NCBI GenBank assembly: GCA_050613775.1
Contig: JBODTK010000104.1
Location: forward strand, 62,001-126,000
Direction of reading: 5' to 3'
Length of the DNA: 64,000 nt
DNA from: Neocallimastix sp. 'constans'
Taxonomy: Eukaryota
The notes under the pieces were generated by a model, which was given only the letters and a program-made list of their open reading frames with translations, was not told the DNA's origin and did not search any database. The position numbers and the translations under genes are program-made. Position 1 is the stretch's first letter, and each line of letters begins with the position of its first letter. Below are positions 26,499 to 40,429 of this stretch, piece by piece.

Positions 26499-29400
26499 TT
26501 AACGTGTAGGTGGTATCGACATTAATTTTAATATTTGTCCATTACATTCTTCTATGGATTGAAGTATTTCTTGAGATATCACTTGATAATTACTTTCAAG
26601 TGTTTTTGTTTGAATATCTTTTTTTTTTTTTTTTTTGTTTTGAAAAATATTTGGATTATTATAATTATATATTATTTAATATAATAAATAAATAAATAAT
26701 TATATAAATAATATCAAAATAATAAATATAAATAAAAAAAATTATAAATGCAGAATAAATATAATAATTAGTTAAATATATATTAGTAATAATTATTCAT
26801 AAATTAATTAACAAATTTAATTATAGATAATTATATTATAATACATATATATATATATTTTAAAAAAAAAGTTTATTTGCATTTACATTCTTTCAAATGG
26901 AAGTTATTGGATTCTTGATATCTTAATTTTTGTTCAAAGGCTCCCAATTGTACGAATGTTTCATTTTCTTGTAATTGGGCCTTTTTACCATCATAAATGG
27001 TTGATAATCCAGTGACTACTTGTTTCAAAGAATCACGGAATTCTCGTAATCCTTGACGATCGGCTTTATTTTTCTAATTGGTACAGGTAGTATATTATAT
27101 ATTATTATTATTATTATTTTTATTATTATTATTTTTTATGTATATGTATAGTATTGATTAATGTACAAATAATAATTATTGTTTATTTATTATTTAATGG
27201 TAGTTTTTTTAAAAAAAAAAAAAAATTTTTTTTTAATTTTTTACCTTTCTTTGTTCTTCTGTTAATTTTTTAAGTTCATCAATATTTTTTATTTTTTCCA
27301 TATCTTCATTTAGTTTCTCAATTTTGTTTTTGAGCGAGGTTAACTCAAAGTTTAATTTGGATTCCAATTGATTAACCTTTTCTAAATCTTGTAATCGTTG
27401 ATTTCTCTCTATAAATATAAACATATATATAAATATATATATCGAATTATATATTATTTAATAATAATTTTTTTTATTTTAATAAATATAAATATTTTTT
27501 ATTTATTTATTTATTATAAAATTTATTATAAATATATATTTTATATATTTTATAATTTTTTTTAAATACCAATAATAAGAGCATCAGCAGTATTTTCAGA
27601 GTTTTTCATTTCTTTTTCTTTAAATTGTAAATCTTCTTTAAGTTCCTTTAAACCTCCTGGATAAGATGGCATATCTCTTTTGGATAAACTCTTTAATATC
27701 GTATTATTATAAAAATTTAGTTAAATAATACGAGAAAGAGTAAGGAAGAATAGAATAAGATAGGAATTAATTATTAAAATATTAATAATTATAATATATA
27801 TATATATATATGTTAGATGCATGCATAATAAAACAAAACATGTAAATAATACGTGTAATATATAATTCAAAGTATTATTTATCCCTCAAAAAATAAAAAT
27901 TTTAAAAAAAAAAAAATTCTTACAGATAATTTTTCAAGAGAATCTACAATTTGAGTTTGATACTGAGTACTTTTTTCAACAATTTCATTTTTTTTGGTAT
28001 CGAAAGAATCAATAAAGGCTTGCATATCTTTATCTCTTTTTAATAATTCTTCATATTTTGAATTCTTTTCACCTATTTTATTATAATTATTTTTATTATT
28101 GTCATTATTTATTATTTATTATTTATTATAAATTATTAATTATAATAAATTATATTGGTTAATATGAAATTTTAATATATCAATCAGGGTTTCTTTATTT
28201 TTCAATATTTTATTTATTTATATTATTATTATTATTTTTTTTATTTTTTATTTTTTATTTAATTATACTAAATTGATTTATTTATGGGTGAAAATAGTTT
28301 ACCTTGATGATGATCCATATCCATATCTAATTGAGATAAACGTTCCTTACATTTAAATATTTGTTCTTCTAATTCTGTAATTTTACGTTCCATACCAGAA
28401 ATTTCAACATTATCTTCTTTAACCTATATGTGTATAATTATAATAATTATAATAATAATAGTAATAAATAGTATCTTATTAATAATGTATCCATTATCCA
28501 TAATATATATATATATATAATTAACTAACTAATTAATTAAAATAATTATTTTAAATACATATATATTTATTTATATCTATTTATTTATATTTTATTTTTA
28601 AATATTGACCTTTTGAAGTAAATGCTCTCTTTCTTCCGGTCCATTTTTAGATTCTATTGAAGATATATCTTCTTCTAAAGATTCCTTTTTTTCTTTTAAT
28701 TCATTTATTTTTACAAAGTTTTCATAGGCCCTTAATTTTATTGGATTCTTTTCTAAATTCTAGTTTTAATTATCATCCCACACAAAAATATGGTAAAAAA
28801 AAATTATTTAGATATAAAATAAAATATTATAAATAAATAAGCGAATAAAGAATTATTATATGGAGTTATTGATATATATATATATATACATAATATTATT
28901 ATTAATATTTATGTAATAAAAATATTCAAAAAAAAATATTTACTTCTCTTAAATTCTTTTCTTTATCTGTTAACTCATTAATAATTTGTTCCTTTTGTTG
29001 AATTTCTGCAATATATTGTGCATTTTGTTCCTTAAACTCATAATATTGATTTAATTTATCGGAATCCAATTTTTTTAATTGTTCCTCTGCTAATTTTCTT
29101 TCTTCTTCTATTTTTTTCTCAATATCACGAATTTGATTTTCTTTTCTGAATTTTTAATTTTATTTTTTATCATGAATTTTTTTTTTTTGTATTTTTTTTT
29201 TATATTTAATAACCATTGTTAAAAAATGTAATGTACGAAATATTATAATAGGTTATTAATAAAATTATATTCATATATGAAAAAAGAAAAAGTCAAAAGA
29301 AAGAAATAAAAAAAATATGAAAAAAGTTAATATATATTATTAATTAATGTGATTTTAAATATTTAATGAAATAATTGAATACACAAATATGTATTGATAT

Positions 29401-29668
29401 AAAAGATATTTATATCATTTAATTATATAGATATATTTATATATATATGATATTTTTTATTTACTGTTGTCTTTGAGTGAAAACATCATTTAAAATATTA
29501 TTTTCTCTTTGATTTTTTACTTTAATTTGATTGTAGAGACGTTCAATATCTTCTAAATCTGTATCTACATTTAATTTATCCACAAGAGTATTTAAATCAC
29601 CTAATTGTCCTTGTAATTCTCTTAATTCATTGGCAGATTGATCCACTCTTTATTTCCAAATACATTAA

Positions 29669-29705
<37 letters not shown>

Positions 29706-30198
29706 TCATTTTTTATTATATTTATAAAAAACAAAAAACAAATATATATATATGTATTTTTAATAGATAAATAAATATATAAATAAATAAATTAAATTAT
29801 AATTATATTTTTATTATAAATTTAGAGATTTGATAAATATAAAAAAAAAATAAAAAAAAAAAAAAAAATTAATACAATGTAAAATAATAATTATAATAAT
29901 AATAATAATAATAATAATAATTCAATATAATAAAAACATATTTTTATAAAATTTTTGATTTTTAGAGTTATTGTTATTAAGTGTATTACTTTTTTTCAAA
30001 GGCATCATAGTTTTCATTTTCTTTTTCAATCACATTAATCTCATTATTTAATTTATTAATTTCGTTGGTAACCAGGGAAACCTTATGTCTTAATTCACTC
30101 ATAAAGAAAGTTCTATCTTGAATCATACGACCTCGTACTTTAATTTTTTTTTTTTTTTTTTTAAAATTTCATAAAATTAGTAAAATCAGTAAAATTAT

Positions 30199-30233
<35 letters not shown>

Positions 30234-30443
30234 AAAAAAAAGAATTAATAATTAAATGAATATTGATAAGTAAAAAATTTATTATATACATGGATATGAC
30301 TTTTTTTTTTTTTTTAATTTTTTTTTACTAACCTTGATTTGAACCTTTAATTCCACCTAAACCTTGTTGAGTCATTGGTCTATCTACTACTTGAAATCCA
30401 AGACCCACTATATATATATATATATATATTTATTATATGTATT

Positions 30444-30493
<50 letters not shown>

Positions 30494-31026
30494 GTTAAAA
30501 ATATTAAAAATTATATATATTGATGAAAGAAAAAAAAAAATTTTTTTATTTCAGGAAAGTGTTAATATTATATAAATATTCGTATATATATATATATTGA
30601 ATTAAAATAAAAAAAAATTAATATATAATTAGAAATTAATATAATTATTTTAAATGCTAATATATATATTTTAACTATATAGTTCGAATTAGAAATTTAC
30701 TTTTAGTGGTTGGTCTTGCACCAAGTCGTCCAGTTTGTGGAGGCTTTCATAAATGTAGATAAAAAATAAAAAATAAAAAATAAAAAATAAAAAATAAAAT
30801 ATAAAAATATATATATATATATTTATTGAGTTTATAGAACAAAAAAAAAATTTTTTTATTGTTATTTTTATTTTTTCTTTTTCTTTTTATTTTTTAAAGA
30901 AATAATAGTTTTCTTTCTTTCTTTCTTTTTTGTTCATTTTTTCATTTTTGTTATTATTATTGTTAAATTATTGTAATATATTTTCATCAATTCTGTATTC
31001 TTTTCTTTTTTTTTGTTTTTTTTTTC

Positions 31027-31057
<31 letters not shown>

Positions 31058-31411
31058 ATATGGTCAACATATAAAAATATATGTATTAAAAAAAAAAAAA
31101 AAAAAAAAAGACATACAACTCCAGTAGTTCCTCTTATATTTCCCCATGCTATTAGTTTCATATACATTTGTGTATAAGTTTAAAATATACAAATATAAAG
31201 ATATATATAGATATAATTATATTATATAAGGTGTATATATATTATAATGATAAAAATATTATTTTTTAAAAAAAAAGAAAATTAATATTCCATTGTTTTA
31301 TCTTAAAGTTTCTTTTATTAAAAAAAAAAAAAAGAACATATTCTTATTAATTGATAAAAAAAAAAAAATAGCTTTTTTATTGTATTTTATTATATTGCCA
31401 GTATATAAATA

Positions 31412-31458
<47 letters not shown>

Positions 31459-31840
31459 TTTGTTTTAATATCATTTTATTGCTACTTTACATGATCCTAA
31501 TCCAGCACGACTACTTGGTCTATTAGCGAAAGATCCTGAAGGTGCTTTTCCTTTTTTTGATTTTTGATTTTTAATTTATATTTAAATATATATATTTTTT
31601 ATTGTATTTTTTGTATGTCATTGTTTCAATATATATATATATATTAATATGTATTTTATTATAATAAAAACATTAGAGATATCGTTCCATAATTAAAAGT
31701 ATACATGTTATCATGAAATACAATAGAAAATAATAATATAAACAATGTAATTTAGTTGTTAGATATATATATATATATATATATATGATAATACTATTAC
31801 TCATTATTATAATATCTTTCTATATTAACATACCATACAT
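26499..31840 (-). CDS. IFT74: Intraflagellar transport protein IFT74, ~586 aa. Exons (5' to 3') 31834-31840, 31491-31550, 31117-31148, 30701-30743, 30333-30407, 29990-30137, 29465-29647, 28944-29145, 28610-28759, 28303-28423, 27924-28072, 27570-27690, 27245-27408, 26887-27073, 26499-26617
   Basis: Basic N-terminus (RPSSRAG, RPTTK). Motifs VVDRPMTQQGLGG, RMIQDRTFFMSELR, ELRELQGQLGDLNTLVDKLN, QKVKEDNVEISGME, KYEELLKRDKDMQAFIDSF, LQENETFVQL. All 14 GT-AG introns keep frame. The first micro-exon is the least certain. Confidence 0.9.
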
Positions 31841-33349
31841 ATTTGTATATAATAATTTTTTATATAATTATTTAATTAAACTGCTTTTTTCTTTCTTTAT
31901 ACAATAGATATAATAATAATTATTATTTTTAATATTAATAATAATATATATATATAAATTATTTCTATCTATATTAAAATAAAATAATATAAAGAAAAAT
32001 AAAGTATTAAAAAACTATAAAAAAAAAAAACAAAAATTCTAGTAATTGAAAAAACTAAACAAAAAATTTTATATATGAAAAATAAATTTTTTTTTTTTTT
32101 TATTAAATTATTAAATTTTAATTTATAATATTTTGCTTTTATATTATTATTAATTATTATTAATTATTATTATTTTTTTTTTTACAAATATTTATTTTTG
32201 TTAATAAATCTTAAATAAAATTTAATTAAAAAATAAACTCAGATTTTTATAAAAAAACAATTTTTTTTTTTTTTTTTTTTTAAAATTTTTTTCTTTATAA
32301 AATATTTTTAATTTTTTATTTTTTATATTTTTCTTTTATATTTTTTATATATTTTTAATTTTTTAATTTTCTTTTTTTTCTATTGGTCTTCTTTAAAATA
32401 TTGATATTATTATTAACAAATTAATAATATCTTTTTTGTTTTTCAAAAATATTAAAGATATTTAATTATTATAATTATTTTTTATAATGATAAAAAAAAA
32501 AAGTTATTATTTTATATGTTTTATATGTTATAAATTTTTTAAAAGTAGTACAAAACTTCTGTAAAAAAAAAAATTTTTTTTTCTATCCATATCAATATTA
32601 TTCAATACAATAATTAATATTAATAAATATTACTGCAGAAAAAATAAATAAAAAAAAAAAACTTTTTTTTTTTTCGTAATGTATTAAATTTTAAATCTCT
32701 CCTATATATATTTTACTATTTAATGATTAATTAATTTATTAATATAATTTAATTTTAAATTGGAGAAAAAATATAATTATAATAAAATAATATAGTCCCA
32801 TAATATATATATATAATATCAATAGATCATTAAACGAAGATGTTGAATGCTTTTTTTTTTTTTTTTTTTTTTTTTTTTCTGTTTTAGTTTAAAATATTAA
32901 TATTTAAATAGATTAATATTTAACATTTGTATTGATAAATTTTAATTTTAAATTATAGAAAAAATGATAATCATAATAAAATAATATAGTTCCAAAATAT
33001 ATTTAATATTAATAGATCATTCAACAAAGACATATTTTTTTTTTATTGTTTTTTATTTTTATTTTTATTATTTTTATTTTAGTTAATAATAACAATTAAT
33101 ATTTAAGTGATTTGCATTTGCTTATATTAAGATGAAATTATTTTTACTATTATTAATATTTTTGAAATGAAATGATTCTATTTTGTTTGATAATATATTT
33201 TCTTTACAGATGTTACTTCATTGTTTTATTTTATTAAATATTTTTTGGTAAAATTGATCTCCGTTCATATTATAATGCCACAACATTATCAGGAGATTCC
33301 TTTTTTTCATATATTTATTGTGTAAAGAACGATTATTTCTATTTGAGTA

Positions 33350-33702
33350 AGCTGTACTAGGAGGACTAGTTCTAGAGATTCTTCTTTGCCATATCGGTTT
33401 GATGTTGATTCTCTTGGTTACGATGGATTTTTTTTTTTTTTTTTTTTTTTACTATACCAATCAAAGAGTAACTCAAGAAAGCTAATAACGACTGGTATAG
33501 TACAGGTAAGATAATCTCTCTAAGCTAACTCTATACGGAACATTGAACCGGGAACTCTTTAATAGAAGTTCTTTTAAATGATTTTGCTCTTCCCGTATTG
33601 AATTGTAGCTCATATAAAGCTAAAGTATCACCAAGAAAGAACATAAAAAATATATTCATTAATTGGCTTTTTAACAATTTAAAATAGAGGAATAGGAAGA
33701 GA

Positions 33703-33753
<51 letters not shown>

Positions 33754-35150
33754 TAGGGAAGAGAATACACTTCCATAAATTTATTAATTTTATTATAAAA
33801 AAATACATGTAGGTGAAAAGTACATTTGAAATTAAAAATAAAAATAAAAGTTAAAAAATAAAAAATAAATAAAAAATCAAAAAGAACTTTGTTGCAAGAA
33901 AGTAAAAATAGGTTTATGATCAGAAATACCATAAAAATGAAGTAGAAACCGATGTTCTTATTAATATGAGTTGCCAAAGCCTCATTATAGACGACATGAT
34001 CAATACATGATGATCTAGTTACCTTTGGCATAAGTATATTGTTTACCATATAAGGGAGCATTATAACAATTAGGAAAATTATTTGAAATGTATGTTTTTT
34101 AATCTTTCTTTAATGACATGTTAAAATCACCAACTAGGACAGCAGGAACATTTTTTTTTTTCTATTGTGAAAAATGTAACCATTGAGAAAGTACATCAAA
34201 AGCAACTAATCTTGCTTCCTTCCATTTGCTTTGAGGAAAATAGATATTTCCAAATAGTACATTTTTGATTCCAGAAAAGAAGTGGTATTTACTGAAATGA
34301 TATATTTGTATAAAAAACGGTTCTTGAAAGAAAGAGTACGAAGAATGAACACCAATAAAGAGTCATTTCATACCAGGGGGTTTTAGGGTTAGCTCTAAGA
34401 AAAATTGAGTTGTAAAATGGAATTAATGGTGATGAAACATCTTTTGGAAAAATATTTACTTCTTTCTAGTATCATGTCAACAGATTCATATAGGTTTAAA
34501 AAATAGAGTTTGAGGTATAAAAAATATTCCAACCATTAATATTCCAACTTAACACAGAGATTAAAGAAAGAAGAATTTGAATTTAGATGGCCAGAGAAAA
34601 AAAAATCTTTTATCATAGGTTTAAGTTCAACATCAATGTTATCGGATTTTCTAGACTTGTTCTTTTGTTTTAAGTTTATTACACAAGGACGACCAGTTAA
34701 TTATTAGCTGTTGCAGGAATTTTTTCTCTTAATAAAATTTAATACTTCGAAAAGGATGAGATCATTTTTGTGTTTATTAACTCTAATAATGAGAGCCATA
34801 CCTTTGGAGAAAAAAGTTTTTTTTTTAATATATGGAATAATTTCATAGTAATTAGGGATCTTACTAATATATTTGAACCAATTAGTTTACTAGGGGACCA
34901 AGAATTAAGGTCATGGATAAAAATAAGGCTATAATTATTCATATGATTAGCGAAGCAGTAGAAACCATGATGGAAAAGGAGTAGTATTAACTGAGCAAGA
35001 AGCATCCATGTTTAGAGTTTGTTGAGAAAAGAACTGACTTAATTTGTAACAAATGTAAATTGATTATAAGGATTATATACCAAAGAATTATATATCAAAT
35101 ATTAACATTTAAGTTTACTGAATATAGAAGTTATATGCTTCACAGGAATT
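33350..35150 (-). mobile_element. Internally deleted decayed LINE (APE endonuclease joined to the 3' end); same family as 52600-56440
   Basis: Relic motifs SWNINGWN, GNIYFPQSKWKEA, AVLVGDFNM, SSCIDHVVYNEALA and ISDHKP. The sequence then jumps through an AT-rich stretch to the family 3' segment (33480-33625); RT is missing. The 5' boundary is approximate. Confidence 0.8.
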
Positions 35151-35364
35151 GAATTTCCAAAGATATATTAAAAAAAAAACAATATTAGTGGAAATAATTA
35201 TTAATTCAATAAATATAATGTAAAATAATTATTAATATTTGTTTATATTTTTTTTTTATATGTTAAGATATTATATTTTCCCAATTTGAATATAATAATA
35301 TTTGAAATAGTAACATGAAATAAAAAGTAATAATCAAAAATAAAGTATATAAATAAATTCAGAA

Positions 35365-36328
35365 AAAGGTTTCATATGAAACGAAACCTCACCTCCTAAT
35401 GGATTAGGGTTTGAATTGACTGTCTGAAAGAAATAATGGTCATCTCCTTCAGGAGACATTGGCCTTGCTCAGCCTGTCTTCTGTCTTACTGCATTTTCAG
35501 CATTGACGCTCCTGGTTAGTTTTCGCTTATATTTTCGGAAATAGTAACCCTTGTCCAGTACTAGCCCGGGGCAAAATTTCTGTAAAAGAGAGATATAGAT
35601 CGCACCAGGAATGGCGTTTTTGAATGATCACCAGAAATGATTTGGTTCTTAAACAAAATATCTCATTCCTTTTTATAATTTAGATCACTAATGTCTGCAT
35701 CTCTTCCACCAAGAAGGAAGTTATATAATCGGTACCACGTCACATATATATTTACACACTCATTATTCAGAAAATTACTTAAATTACTACGATTTTTTAA
35801 CCCATTGAACTATTCACTAAATTAGAAGTAACGATATTATAATTTTCACTATCATTATTATTAATATTTCTTTTTTCACTATCACTAATTCTACTATTAT
35901 TAACAATATTATTTCTATGGTTATTATTATTAATATTATATACTTCGTTACTACTATCAGAATCTGAGTTTAATTCTATATTATTCATATCTGTGATGAC
36001 AGTGTCTACATTACTATTAGATATTGGACACTATTTAGTAATAATATAAAATTTTTCATAGAGAATTTCAATCTCCTTAAAATGTTTCTTTCGAAATTCA
36101 CGGAAAAGATAGCATTTAGAAAACCAATGTTCCAATCGAGGATTACTAATTTTTCTATAACGACAAAAGGCCACCTTTTAGGACAGTCCTCCTCAACCCT
36201 AATGGCAGCTTTGGCAACACTAGCATCGAATTGATATCCACATCTGGCACGAAGTACTTATCGGAAGCCAATATTAAATTCAGGATATTTATAATTTAGC
36301 TCAAGATACTCTCTAATTTTCTCAAATT

Positions 36329-36369
<41 letters not shown>

Positions 36370-39330
36370 ACCTTAGCTTTGATTGATTTTCCTGCCATAT
36401 CTCTATCCCAGTAAAAGTTTAAAATTGCTTTTTTTTTTTGATGGAAATTTATCTAATTTGTCAGCTAAAATTTTTCCTTTTTTTATCCCAAGCGTGACGT
36501 CTTCAACGAGATATATCTCTAAGTAAATTAGAGATAATACATTTTGAGTTTTTCCATTTTTTAAAACACCTTACCTGATTAATTACTATTATAAAGAAAT
36601 CTAGAAACTTCCCCTCTCGTACTACTAGACTAGACTGGCACATTTATTGATACCAAATTTCATTTCATTATTCCTAGCTCACTTACTGGCAAACTTTAAT
36701 AACAATTTCTTAAGTTAGGATCTTGTTGGAGCACATAACACAATGTCATCTGCAAAGAGACCTCCACAACAACGTTTATTACAATTATTCAAAATATCAT
36801 TAATGAACAAGTTAAACAAAATTGATGAGATGGAACAACCTTGACAACCACCTTTTCTTAATTCTAAATGATTCTAAATAATTGTTCATCAACCTTTACA
36901 CAAGCCTTGGAAGACAAGTAAAAGTTTTCAAATAAAAAATTACAGCACTTACCCCTGATACCTAAGTGATGAATCTTCATTAATACATTATATATGGGCA
37001 CTGAGTCATACGCTTTTTTAAGGTTCAAAAAAAAAGCAAGGTTAAGTATCTTTATTTTCAAATTTTCGTCTTTGACAAATAATTCTTAATATAGTGTAAA
37101 GAATTATAATACATTCTTCTCGATTACGAAATGCAAATTGTTCCGGTCTAATTAATCTTTTATCAATTCCATATTTAGAGATTCTATTAGCGATGATTTT
37201 TGCTATAATTTTTAATCCAATAATTGATAAGAGAGATGCCACAATAGTTATTACAATCTGACAGATCACCCTTTTTTATGAATAGAAACTATCGATGGGT
37301 TATTTCATGATTTTTGGAAAAAATCACCATTCCAAATACAATTGATTAAGACTATGAGACATTTAAAAACCAGATGAAATATTACTATTATTATCACTTG
37401 ATCCTTCTGAATCATCTTTACCGGGGAATCAAAACTTTGAAGAATTCCATTGGAATCCCATCAGGACCACAAGAGATTGCCTCGCTAATTACTTCATCAT
37501 TAATACCTTGATTAATTTCCCATTCTTGTTGCCTTGGACTTCTCAAATTCCTAAGTGCATTAGAATCTTTCCAGAAATCTTTAGAAAGACTATGAGCTTA
37601 AGAATCCGACCCTAAGAATTTATAATGAGAATGTTAAGCTTTTAATTTTTCATCTGTTGAAAGAAATAAGTATATTGTTATTGGTTTTATTAATAGGATG
37701 AGAGACCATGAAGGATTAATTATATTTATTTTTGTATTTTTTTTTTTTTTTGTTTTTACCCATTTCCATGCTTTCCTACTATCATTTTTAGGAGTTAACG
37801 AACATCCAATTTTAATCCAATATAAATGTACTTTTTTTTTTCTAAATTCGTTACATTTTTTATGAATTAATTTACATAGTCTATTATACGAGTCAACTAT
37901 TTTAGCAAATTCATTGAAATCATTTGCAGAAACAAAACGCTTAATTTATTTATATTTTATATGTTTTAACTTTTTAAAGACAATAAAATTTGAAGGGATA
38001 TTCTAAACATCATTTTTCTGATTTCTGATGAAGATGTAATCGATAGATCTTTAGTAATGGTATTAGTAGTGTTAATGAAATTTTTCAACTATACCATCAT
38101 ACAATCTACTGAAAGTTCTTCATTTCCTAATTCTTTCCTAAGGATATCAAATTTATTGTGATGACAAATTTTTTTTTTCTTTAGTTCCAAACATTTATAT
38201 GTATCTCCATCTAACAATTTATTTTTTATTTTATTTTATTTTTTTTTATTGGTAAACAAAAAAAATGAATCATCTGTGGTAGTTTTCATGCAATAAACTA
38301 CGAGTATTTTATGATCGGATAGAAAAGGATAATCAAACAAAATAAGTACATGATATTTTATCCAGCATACTTGAATTGACTAACGCATGATCAATATCTG
38401 ATGAATCAGAGGTACTCATGTTAAAGTCTCCAAGAAGAATAGATGGGATGATTAATGCAATTCTGAATCCATGTGAAAACCTCAGAGAATGCCTATCGGA
38501 ATTGTAATGAATGTTTCTTAGTGGGAATATTGACATTACCTATAGAATATACTTAGAGTGATTCCAAAGATTATAATGGTTGTTAAAGCAAAAAGATGAG
38601 TATTTGGGAATTATCTTTAAAGGACTGGTTGACATGAGATATGATACCCGAGATATAAACCTCTGCAACTTGGCTTATTTAGATCCATTTTTTTTTCTGG
38701 AAATATTTGCAATTTGTAAGTGTTGCTTTACAAGGATATCTAGCATCATTGGTACCATTATTCCTGAAAACATAGGAATAATGGTTTTAAAAAAAATCGT
38801 GTTGAAGTACTCAATACTATCTCTTTTCACAAAATTCAATCCATTTTGGTATTTCAACTAAGACAAAAAAAGAAAACTTTTCTGTGTTAGAATGTGAAAT
38901 AGGACTTTCAGAATTAAGAGAATTAAGATTAGGTATATTGGGAACATCAATTTCCTACATTTCCATTTTACAATAGCTACATGAGAATTTAAATAATACT
39001 ATAGAAAAAATACATATACAAAATAATGCTAAAAGTAAAAAATACAATAGATTCATTTCAATGATAATATGTAGAAACTACATGATATTATTAATTGTAC
39101 CAACTCCAATGTTACTACATTTCCTGTTTAAAACAATATAAAACATCAGGTTCACTTTCAATAGTCTTTCTATTTTCCTAATTTCCTTTCTTCATACTAG
39201 AAGCCACTTAAGAAAGGATAACTATCGATGTTCGTCAGAATCACAGAAAGCTGTAATTAGTACACTTGATAGAGGCCATTCCTTTTCCATCCACCTTCAG
39301 TGGACCTGGAGAAATAGTCCCTCTGATTGG
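35365..39330 (-). mobile_element. Near full-length decayed LINE of a second family (APE - RT - C-terminal zinc finger)
   Basis: APE: SILLGDFNM, DIDHALVN, SDHKIL. RT: GPDGIPMEFFK, KIIAKIIANRI, IRPEQFAFRNREEC, LKKAYDSVP, QGCSISSILFNLFINDI, GGLFADDIV. Zinc finger: LRARCGY...EDCPKR. Many frameshifts and stops. Confidence 0.88.
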
Positions 39331-39599
39331 GGTAATATTTTATATAGTTTTCATATTTTTATATTTTATATATTTTTATATTTTATATATCTTTTTATTT
39401 TATATATCTTTTTATTTTATATATATTTTATATGTTTTTATATTTTTATATTTTGTATATTTGTATATATTTTTTATATTTTTATTTTATACATGCTTTT
39501 TCTCATATATAAATAAAAATGTATATATAAATTTTTATTATTTTAATATATATATTTTTGTTATATATATATATATTTTTTATGTCTTTGTATTTTTAT

Positions 39600-39800
39600 A
39601 CTTTTTATATTTCTATATATTTTTTTATATTTCTATATTTTTTATATTTCTATATTTTTTATATTTCTATATTTTTTATATTTCTATATTTTTTATATTT
39701 CTATATTTTTTATATTTCTATATTTTTTATATTTCTATATTTTTTATATTCCTATATTTTTTATATTTCTATATTTTTTATATTTCTATATTTTTTATAT
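39600..39800. repeat. 17-bp minisatellite (TTTCTATATTTTTTATA)n
   Basis: About 11 tandem units visible; it explains the FYIFYISIFF-type ORFs. Confidence 0.9.
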
Positions 39801-40429
39801 TTTTATTTATAATACATGTTTTTTCTCATATATATAAATAAAAATGTATAAATAAATTTTTATTATTTTAATATATATATTTTTATTATTTGTATATACG
39901 TATACGTATATAAATATATATATATTTAAATTTTTTTTTATATTTTTCTATTATTTTTTTTATTTTTTATTATTATTATTATTTTTTTTTTTTATTTTAT
40001 ATTTTATATTTTTATTTAAATATATTTTAATATTTTATATTTTTATTTAAATAAAATTTACATAAATCTTTCATTTTAAATAATAGTTTTAGATAATAAT
40101 ATTTTATATTAAATATAATAAGTAATACATATATATAGATATAAATATAGATATATTTTATATTGATTTTAATTTTTGGTATAATTATTAACTATAATTA
40201 AAATTTAAGCAAATTTTAAAAATATAATAATTAAAAAATATAAAAGAAGAAAAAAAAAATTATATATATATTAATATATATATAAATAATTTTTTTTATT
40301 AATAAGATAATAATAATTAAAATAGTAATATTAAAAATTTTCCTTATTTATACATTAATAGAATTGTTTTTACAAAAAAAAAAAAAAAAATATTTTCCTT
40401 TTTTTTCCTTTTTTTTTTTCTTATACTTT

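Noticed and set aside
33531..34061. 176-aa ORF as a host gene
   Set aside because: Chimeric read-through of LINE endonuclease relic, AT filler and LINE 3' segment.
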